64,000 nucleotides of DNA from a virus (taxonomy: Duplodnaviria; Caudoviricetes), in IMG/VR virus record IMGVR_UViG_3300032007_000010, one strand, 5' to 3'. The notes under the pieces were generated by a model that did no database searches, was not told where the DNA came from, and worked only from the letters and a program-made list of their open reading frames with translations. Each line of letters opens with the position of its first letter. The stretch's first letter is position 1. A program made the position numbers and the translations under genes. Below are positions 56,968 through 64,000 of the stretch, piece after piece.

Positions 56968-58152
56968 ATGGAATACACATTAGAAGAACTCCAATTTCTC
57001 TCGGAGACCGGCATCGATCTCCATGCCTGGGAGAAAGACGAGAAACTAGACGAGGCAGCCATCAAGGCTCGCGAAGATATCAAGAAGGGCGAGGCCTATC
57101 AGAAGTTCCTCGAGGCCAAGAAGGCCTATCGTACGGAAAAGGATCCTGCGAAACAGGCTGAGCTTATCCAAGCATGCATCGATCTTCTCGAAGAGGTCAT
57201 CGTAGAGGCCGAGGAGATGCCAGCCGACAACATCCCCGAATGGCTCATCAGCTTCGTGATCGTCAACCTCAAGGCGATTCCGTCCAAGTTATTCTGGTCG
57301 ATTTTTGGTTTCAGCTACACCAAGATTCCCATCTCGGCGCATACCACACGCAATCGCTTCATCTCCGAGCTGCGCGATATGCAGCGCAAGCTCCAGAAGG
57401 AACTCAACAAGGCCGAGAAGAATGCGTCCAAGAAGAGCGTGAACGAAGCATGTGAGAAGGAAAACAAAGATGCACAGAATGAATCGGCCATCGAACCGAT
57501 CAACGAGGGCGTCATCGACGTGGCCAAGACCCTCGCAACCAAGGTGAAGCATCTCTTCAAGCCCGGCGGGAAGGTTGAACAGAAGACCGATGCGCCCGAG
57601 GCCAGGGTTAATGCCATGGCCAAGTTTGCGGATCTCGAACCGAAGAAGGTCAAGAATGCCGATGACAAGGACGAAGAGGTTCCCGACAAGCTGGCCAAGA
57701 AAGCCGCGGACATGAGCGTCTCCATAAATCCGAGCGGTGATTCGGCGGTGTCTCCATCCCGCTACATGGACTACATCACCGATAAAAACAGTGTTATCGA
57801 TGAGCTCGGCTACATTGCGGCATCCTTCTACAAGAGCTATCATGGACCGAAGACCATGTACTTCTTCGGAACCATGAACCCTGACACCGCGGTGTTCATC
57901 GGGATCACCAAGGACGACAGAGTACTCGTCGAAAAGTCTCCATACTCCGGACCCATTGTTTGGGCGCTCCTCAAGGCGGCCAACGATAAGAGTGTCTTCA
58001 GCGAGAAGGAGATCTATGGATATCGCTTCATCGTCGAGGATGATGGCAAGGATGGGCTCGATTTCAGTCTTGGTTTCAAGTATGAAAAGATGACCAAGGC
58101 CGATGCTCTTAAATATGCCACAGACATGCTCAGCTACAAGAACGAAAATTGA
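56968..58152 (+). CDS. Putative internal head protein
   Basis: GGGAGG RBS; LSET, LDEA, VNEA, QNES, INEG motifs; terminator 58164-58199. Confidence 0.6.
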   Translation: MEYTLEELQFLSETGIDLHAWEKDEKLDEAAIKAREDIKKGEAYQKFLEAKKAYRTEKDPAKQAELIQACIDLLEEVIVEAEEMPADNIPEWLISFVIVNLKAIPSKLFWSIFGFSYTKIPISAHTTRNRFISELRDMQRKLQKELNKAEKNASKKSVNEACEKENKDAQNESAIEPINEGVIDVAKTLATKVKHLFKPGGKVEQKTDAPEARVNAMAKFADLEPKKVKNADDKDEEVPDKLAKKAADMSVSINPSGDSAVSPSRYMDYITDKNSVIDELGYIAASFYKSYHGPKTMYFFGTMNPDTAVFIGITKDDRVLVEKSPYSGPIVWALLKAANDKSVFSEKEIYGYRFIVEDDGKDGLDFSLGFKYEKMTKADALKYATDMLSYKNEN

Positions 58153-58225
58153 CATTCATCACATTCCCACCCGGACCATCAAGGCTCGGGTGGGATTTTA
58201 ATATCAAAGACTGGAGCTGTTTCTC

Positions 58226-58720
58226 ATGGATAAATTTTTGAGCGGTAAAATAACAGATCGCTACAATACAGCATCAGAAACGGAGAGGGACATGGTACAA
58301 CTCAATGAACAGCTGAACCATCTTAATATAAGCACATTACCCACGATACGCCGAGATTTGGAAGAGAAGCTGGATAAGAAGGATTACGAAAAGAGCGAAG
58401 CATTGCTCATGGATCATATCAACGATCGCTTCGATAGGATCGGTTCTCGTATTGACAATGAGATCTTCAAGCAGAGGGAATCATTGTTTTGGATCGTCTA
58501 TCTCATTTGCAATTCCTTATTCATGCGATTTTTCAACTTCTTTGGTCACTGGTATGTGATTGATCACAAGATGAATGGTCTGTGCTGTGAAATCCGTGAG
58601 CCGACCAGCACAGAGGATTTTCGCAATCATTGGAGGTTCTATCGTTCTAGGCGAGGCAAAGAATGGCGCAAAGTCTTCGAGCAAAAACATAAGAAGTCGC
58701 TTAGCTTCAGCTGTATGTAA
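58226..58720 (+). CDS. Hypothetical protein
   Basis: GGAG RBS. Confidence 0.6.
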   Translation: MDKFLSGKITDRYNTASETERDMVQLNEQLNHLNISTLPTIRRDLEEKLDKKDYEKSEALLMDHINDRFDRIGSRIDNEIFKQRESLFWIVYLICNSLFMRFFNFFGHWYVIDHKMNGLCCEIREPTSTEDFRNHWRFYRSRRGKEWRKVFEQKHKKSLSFSCM

Positions 58721-58754
58721 TGTTCAAAACAACTATTAAAAGGAGGATGCTATA

Positions 58755-59075
58755 ATGACACGCGAAGATGTAAAGAAGGCCACAGAACTCATCGGCAAGA
58801 CCGACCTTGCTGCTCATACCATATACATGATGGATAATAGTACTGATATGACCATCACAATCGCCTACAACGATGTTTCGCTTGACGCAAATCGCTGTGA
58901 GAATTGTCAGATTCATATCACAAGACAACAGTATCGTGATCGGAAGGGAACCATTGAATCGGACAGCGTCGTTCACGATTTGGACAATCGTGACATCAAT
59001 ATCATACGAGAAGGTTTGCGCGATATCTTCGATAAGATTCGTGCCAAGAGCAAGGTTGAATTCGAGAGCATGTGA
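58755..59075 (+). CDS. Hypothetical protein
   Basis: AGGAGG RBS. Confidence 0.65.
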   Translation: MTREDVKKATELIGKTDLAAHTIYMMDNSTDMTITIAYNDVSLDANRCENCQIHITRQQYRDRKGTIESDSVVHDLDNRDINIIREGLRDIFDKIRAKSKVEFESM

Positions 59076-59087
59076 GGTATAATATCT

Positions 59088-59549
59088 ATGGATACAAAAT
59101 TGAATTGGATTCCGTTACTCGTAACCCTTGATCAAACCAAGTCGATCAACGACGAAGATAACATTGTACAGGGTCGCGTCGTGCTCAACGGGAACACTGA
59201 TCGAGTCTTGATTAGAGTTTATCCGATTTCTGCAAATCCCCTGGAAACTCAATACCGAGCCGAGATCTTCGACGACGATGATAAGAATCCGGTACACGCT
59301 TTCAACCTATGTTGTGGATCCATGACAGGCGCTTGCCATACCACAGAAGAGTGGCTCATGCCGCTACTGGGAGAGAAGCTGCAACATATGATGCAATTAT
59401 ATATGAAGCTAAGCTGTTTGATGATAGGATACAATGATGATCATCAGAAACAAAAGATGACAATTAAAATTCCTCCTCCCTGCGATATGACGATTGCAAT
59501 AACCGAAGAAGAGAAGATGGTAGATTATATGGAGAACTTCCCGAAATGA
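59088..59549 (+). CDS. Hypothetical protein
   Basis: GAGG RBS. Confidence 0.65.
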   Translation: MDTKLNWIPLLVTLDQTKSINDEDNIVQGRVVLNGNTDRVLIRVYPISANPLETQYRAEIFDDDDKNPVHAFNLCCGSMTGACHTTEEWLMPLLGEKLQHMMQLYMKLSCLMIGYNDDHQKQKMTIKIPPPCDMTIAITEEEKMVDYMENFPK

Positions 59550-59817
59550 TGGATATGAATAAGTTTTTCCTTGCTCAACCACACCAACCTGAATGACTAA
59601 ATAAGAGGAAACAAAATGATGAATCGAGGGATTCCTTCATTACCACCAATCTACTCCATAGTAGAGTATTCCAACTATGTTTGTGATAGCGTGACGGTGC
59701 TTTCGCGACAAACAATGCATATACATCACTATTACACAAACCTGAGAATCAAACAACGGTTATGCGAAGATGCAGAACATTTTCTCCAATCCGTTCTGAG
59801 TGAAAGGAGTTGACAGG

Positions 59818-59991
59818 ATGAAGACCGAGATTGATCTTACCGAGGGAGAGCTCAGGATTCTTCAGAACATGTTTGAGCTCTACAATATCATCGCCGAGCA
59901 GGAACGATATTTTAACTACAATGTTCGCAGTGATCTCTTCTATCTAAAAGAAAAGTTGAACAGCGCGTTGGGTCTCAACATCGACTATTAA
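59818..59991 (+). CDS. Small hypothetical protein
   Basis: AAAGGAG RBS before ATG 59818. Confidence 0.6.
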   Translation: MKTEIDLTEGELRILQNMFELYNIIAEQERYFNYNVRSDLFYLKEKLNSALGLNIDY

Positions 59992-60020
59992 AATTTCCGA
60001 TTTCTTCCACATACAGGAAT

Positions 60021-60030
60021 ATATATCATA
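60021..60030 (+). promoter_or_regulatory. Class E promoter
   Basis: ATATATCATA. Confidence 0.7.
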
Positions 60031-60098
60031 ACGGTGAAGGAGAGAAAGTTGGGCCTTTCGCCTTCTAAATTTTATCTACATATGAGGGAGAAATCAAC

Positions 60099-60356
60099 AT
60101 GAAAAAGTCTACCATGGTTTGGATCCAGCGCCTCGTCGGTCTGCTCATGCTCATCATCGGCGCCTACGTCGGCATCTTCCTGAACGAGGTCAATTCGATC
60201 TTGATCACCATCATCTTCTTTGCACTCGGTCTCGATGCACTGCTCAGCACCAAGCTGTCCTGGTTCTGGGACTGCTTCGACGAGGAAGAGTACAAGAAAA
60301 AGCAGGCCGAGAAGGTTGCCAAGCGCACCGAGCGCTACGAGTCCAAGCTCAACTGA
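60099..60356 (+). CDS. Small membrane protein (two TM helices, charged tail)
   Basis: Two hydrophobic stretches; RBS GGGAG; terminator 60370-60401. Confidence 0.7.
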   Translation: MKKSTMVWIQRLVGLLMLIIGAYVGIFLNEVNSILITIIFFALGLDALLSTKLSWFWDCFDEEEYKKKQAEKVAKRTERYESKLN

Positions 60357-60406
60357 GCAGAAAAGAATCACCTCGCCCAATCTAGGGCGAGGTTTCTTTT
60401 TCGTTG

Positions 60407-60417
60407 ACATGGTTATA
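60407..60417 (+). promoter_or_regulatory. Class L promoter
   Basis: ACA-TGGT-TATA. Confidence 0.7.
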
Positions 60418-60459
60418 ATAAACTCCCGTCGTAATCTTTTTGTAAAGGAGAATGATATC

Positions 60460-60909
60460 ATGAGCGAAGGCTCCATCAATAAGACAGGCTCCATCGTCAC
60501 CTCGGGCAATGACCGTGGCAACTACTCGTCCACGCTCTCCGAAGATGCCCTCGCCGCCATCCGCGCCTCGAGTGGTTCCTCCGATGATTCTGGTTCCGGT
60601 GACTCTACTTCTCCAACCGGCGATGCATACTGGTCCTGCGGTCATCCGAAGACCATCGATCATCGGCACCTCGGCAAGATCGCCATGGGCAAAAAGTTTG
60701 AGATCAATGGAAGCACCGTGAACTCGACCTATGGTGAGTGGGTTGCCAACCTCGATCTGCTCGTGTCCAAGGGATACATCAACGAGTGCATGAAGGTTTC
60801 TTTTTTGCAGCTCAACCTCTACAATCGCGATCATGCGACCGTCGAGGATCCGGATGGTGAGCCCGAGACTCCGTCTCCGATCCGCTGGTGGCCATACTTC
60901 ACAACCTGA
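60460..60909 (+). CDS. Hypothetical late protein, Ser/Gly-rich N-terminus
   Basis: AAAGGAG RBS; terminator 60918-60942. Confidence 0.65.
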   Translation: MSEGSINKTGSIVTSGNDRGNYSSTLSEDALAAIRASSGSSDDSGSGDSTSPTGDAYWSCGHPKTIDHRHLGKIAMGKKFEINGSTVNSTYGEWVANLDLLVSKGYINECMKVSFLQLNLYNRDHATVEDPDGEPETPSPIRWWPYFTT

Positions 60910-60970
60910 ACACGCAGTCCCCTCCCGAGATGGGAGGGGAACTCTGTCCTTTCAATCCGGAATCAACTCG

Positions 60971-60981
60971 ACATTTCTATA
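60971..60981 (+). promoter_or_regulatory. Class L promoter
   Basis: ACA-TTTC-TATA. Confidence 0.7.
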
Positions 60982-61007
60982 ATCATAATGAATCAAAGGA
61001 TGTGATG

Positions 61008-62402
61008 ATGAACATGGCCAGAGCCCTTGGACTCTTTGCAAACCTGCTTGACGTGGACAAGTTTGTGTCGATCAATCGACTCCAGAGCTGCGACAATCCG
61101 GTCTACATCGACCGCAACGCGCCGACCGCAGACGGTGTTTTGTCCTATGAGATCTTCGGATCGTCAACCTTCGAACGCCAGAATCGCATGGCATACATCG
61201 ACCTTTCTCCGCATCACTATATGACGCCGCTGGCCGCGGCGACTCTCAATTCATACGATCGAACCCTCAACAAGATACTCTATTCCCAGGGGCGCTACCG
61301 CTTCGAGGATGGGAAGCTCATCGAAGATTTCGTAAATGGTGAATCTGGTCCAGATTTTCTCTATGAGATATGGGGGAAAGTTAAGGTCAAGGACAAGGAG
61401 ACCATCACCACCAAGGAGGTCCAGAAATTCTTCGAGGTGCCGAGGGAACAGCTATTCATCGATAAATTTCCGATCATTCCGGCCTTCTATCGCGATCTCA
61501 ATGTGTCTGGTGAGGGTGCCTACATCAAGAAGAGCTCCAACGTGATCAACTCGCAATATTCATCCATGATTGCCTACACGAAGACGCTGCGCAAATACAC
61601 CGATACCTTCGGTCACATGGCCAACCTCACCCAGAGTCGCATCCAGTCCGTCATGGTCGATATCTACAATGCACTCATGGTCCAGCAGGTCAAGGGCAAA
61701 CCCTCAAAGTTTGGACTTATCCGGAGAGCCATGCAGGGAAAGAATGTCAACTATTCCGCACGTCTGGTCATATCGTCTCCGATCCTTCAGAGATCCTCTT
61801 ATCGTGACGTGATGGTGAAGTTCGGTACGGCTGTGGTGCCACTGGCCTATACGATCACATGTTTCTTCCCGTTTGTTGTTCATCACATGAAGCGCTTCTT
61901 CGATCAGGAATTCTTGCAGGGTGGTAAATATCCGTATCTCGACGATCAAAAACAGCTCAGATATACCACCATCACGCGGTCCTATTCGGAGAATGAAATC
62001 ACCGATATGATCACACACTATCTCAATGTTCCGGCGGATCGTCACAACACCGTGCTTACTCCGGAGGATGTGCAGGGAAGACGCTTCCCCATGCTCATCA
62101 CCGGGAAGTTCGGTCAGGAAAACACCACGATCACGCGCCTGGCAACGATCACCGATATTCTCTACATCGTTGCCAAGATTGCCACCGAGGATAAGCATGT
62201 GTTCATCACACGCTATCCACTCGACAACTACAATGGTCAATGGCCTGGCAGAGTCGAGATTAGCACCACGGTGCGTACGACTCCCGCCATCATCGGAAAC
62301 AAATACTATCCATTCTTTCCGATATGTGAGGGCGATCCTGCCAACAACTTCATCGATACTCTTCAGTTTAGCAACACCATGCTCGGTGCCATGAACGGGG
62401 AT
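61008..62402 (+). CDS. rpoC: Phage RNA polymerase beta' subunit, exon 1 (probably virion RNAP)
   Basis: DG.LS.EIFG, MAYIDL, P.IPA.YRD, GLIRRAMQGKNVNYSARLVIS, TRYP; ends in AMNGD of the catalytic NxDxDGD motif. Confidence 0.88.
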
Positions 62403-63528
62403 TACGAGATGACAGTGACTCTTCATAGTCCCCTGCGGGAGCGATCCCGTAAGAACAAATCAGTGAACGCTTCACAAGCGGTGTGGGCGCAAGCCTGCTA
62501 ACGGTTTCACTCATAATAAGTCGGGACCAGAGAGTCGTTCAGCCTGGTCACACCAAACCGATGAATGCGGTGACTAAGAGAGCCTGAAGCCTCCGACGAG
62601 GCCATATGGGAATACCGTGCCAATAACCGGATGGGAACGTCCGGGGACGGGTGTAGAGGCCATGGGTTTAATCCCATTAGGATCCGGTTGCGGCCGGACA
62701 CCGAAGTGCTGAGCCTCGGAGAGCAACGGAACCCCGAGGAAAAGAGATGGTCCGGAGTCAGATTAAATCACGCAGATCAATGGTAGGAAGATTCCACTCT
62801 TCACAGAATATATTAACATCAATAAGACCCTGTCGATATCTAACAAGACTCTTCTTTGATAAATTATTACGTGAGGTGCTATGAAGCTTAGCATAAACAA
62901 CTTCTTCTGCGCGCTTACGTCGCTTATTGGCATTCAATTCAAAGAAAAGGTATTGTTCTACTCGCTTTCCAGTCTTCATTGACCTGGATATGTGTGATCT
63001 ATCTTTTGATAGGTATTGACCGGCAGATTTTTTACTGAGTACGACCCAGGTTCCTTTGGTATCTGTATCATACATTATTATCGGGTCTGATTTAGTAAAG
63101 TTCATTATCATCTGTGTACGCTTATCGGTTCCACGTTGAATCGGTGTCATTTTACTATGCCACTGCTTCGACAGCGTATTGTATCCATATCTCGGGTTAT
63201 CTGTTTTGAATTTTGCAATATAATGAGCTTCTCTATCTGCTCGATAATCTTTGTTGAGAAGTCGTACATCGTTATATTCTGATTCGAGAATAATAGGTAC
63301 AAAACATTCTGAACCGATTTGATGTATCGGTGAGTTTGAATCAGTCTTGTGTTCTGTGAGCCTTCTGAGTACATTACCAGATTCGCCTATATACTTCATA
63401 CCATTGACAGTATTGTACAGCATATAGACACCCGCGAAACTTTTGAGCTTACCCATCTAATAATACCACCTTTCTATACGGTATCTCAGTAAATATATGT
63501 TGTACAGTTCATTTAATACGTGACATCG
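62403..63528 (+). mobile_element. Group I intron (1126 nt) in the beta' catalytic motif, with antisense homing endonuclease in P9
   Basis: P1 GGGGAU/GUCCCC with U.G at 62402; P10 UCAUA/UAUGA; P7 GAGGCCA/UGGUCC; terminal G63528; P9 stem 62757-68/63511-24 encloses the ORF. Confidence 0.85.
62758..63456 (-). CDS. GIY-YIG homing endonuclease (antisense to host intron)
   Basis: GVY.L.N..NG..YIGES.N...R...H, E.HYI, YGYN; AT-rich; own AAAGGTGG RBS. Confidence 0.9.
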   Translation of the reverse strand: MGKLKSFAGVYMLYNTVNGMKYIGESGNVLRRLTEHKTDSNSPIHQIGSECFVPIILESEYNDVRLLNKDYRADREAHYIAKFKTDNPRYGYNTLSKQWHSKMTPIQRGTDKRTQMIMNFTKSDPIIMYDTDTKGTWVVLSKKSAGQYLSKDRSHISRSMKTGKRVEQYLFFELNANKRRKRAEEVVYAKLHSTSRNNLSKKSLVRYRQGLIDVNIFCEEWNLPTIDLRDLI

Positions 63529-63538
63529 TATGACGGAG
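63529..63538 (+). CDS. rpoC: beta' micro-exon 2 (10 nt, TATGACGGAG = Y-D-G plus first base of D)
   Basis: Joining to exon 1 gives NGD-YDG-(D); matches P10 of the upstream intron and EBS1 of the downstream intron. Confidence 0.8.
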
Positions 63539-64000
63539 TTGACGCCAGGCAAGGTGTCTGTTCGAGGAATGAAATGAGGAAGTAACGTTCCGAAGCATTC
63601 CCTCTAATATCCGGGCAATGGAGCTGGTGACAGCTCGGTTGTAAGACCGGTGAAGTCGCGTCTCGAGCGCGGGAGTCAGATCGACATGGTGAGGAACACG
63701 AACATCCTCACGGATGGCTGGACTTGGACGAGTAGTCTTGTCTCTGTTGCGAAAGTCCTCTTTGGCTCATGGGGCCAATGCTACAGACCAGTCATGTAAT
63801 AGGATGCACCTAAATCGATCTTATGATAGAACAGATGCAACCTGGGAGATCTCATTGTTCCAAATGAACCATGAGAAGTCGGAGGGGTCATAGTACCGAT
63901 GAAGTCGCCAATCACGATGGAGGGAAGGACCCTAGCGGGTGATGTTTATCACCCGGTGAAAGCCGAATATGGGGAAACTCGTACGTTCGGTTTGGCCAGA
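63539..64000 (+). mobile_element. ORF-less group II intron (continues past window end)
   Basis: Domain V AGCCGAATATGGG-GAAA-CTCGTACGTTCGGTT (63961-63992, AGC triad and AC bulge); domain III AGTCGGAG..ATAGTACCGATGAAG..GGAGGGAAGG; 20-nt domain IV hairpin; EBS1/EBS2 match the exon. Confidence 0.85.

Noticed and set aside
60099-60356. Holin call for the two-TM protein
   Set aside because: It follows an early-class promoter and has no adjacent endolysin; function left open
60404-60419. Host sigma70 promoter TTGACA...TATAAT
   Set aside because: Spacer is 4 nt rather than about 17; it is an instance of the phage class L motif
62403-62501. ORF-track C-terminal extension of beta' (YEMTVTL...)
   Set aside because: Read-through into intron sequence; it destroys the catalytic DxDGD motif
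1-64000. CRISPR arrays, tRNA or rRNA genes
   Set aside because: No regularly spaced repeats, cloverleafs or rRNA signatures seen by eye
1-64000. Chimallin shell or PhuZ tubulin genes; uracil-substituted DNA
   Set aside because: No tubulin GGGTG motif or recognisable shell protein in this window; base modification cannot be read from sequence
1-64000. Abundance of TCGA and GATC palindromes
   Set aside because: Plausibly explained by ATC/CTC/GTC codons followed by GAN codons; needs a codon-aware test

Overview
Segment of a jumbo myophage genome of the phiKZ/AR9(PBS1)-like multisubunit-RNA-polymerase group. The host is probably an anaerobic Bacillota (inferred from strong GGAGG ribosome sites, NrdD/NrdG and a peptidoglycan-binding enzyme). 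Replication and transcription genes: RecA/UvsX (partial), NAD-dependent ligase, the N-terminal half of a split family-B DNA polymerase, two RNAP beta pieces and a beta' piece. Virion genes: T4 gp21-like prohead protease, probable major capsid, tail sheath and tube, large terminase. Others include CoaD and many hypotheticals. Five self-splicing introns can be mapped to the base. Three ORF-less group I introns split nrdD, and one of them ends in A instead of G. In the beta' catalytic NGDYDGD motif, a group I intron carrying an antisense GIY-YIG gene is followed by a 10-nt micro-exon and an ORF-less group II intron, whose IBS2 site exists only after the group I intron is spliced. Two phage promoter classes are evident: ATATAYYATA (15 copies) and ACA-N4-TATA (18 copies). 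They also reveal two orphan non-coding transcripts, a ~475-nt structured RNA and a ~115-nt anti-Shine-Dalgarno sRNA. A short peptide motif, DxxGF-hydrophobic-hydrophobic-L, is shared by four unrelated early proteins. All calls come from reading motifs by eye; no searches were run.
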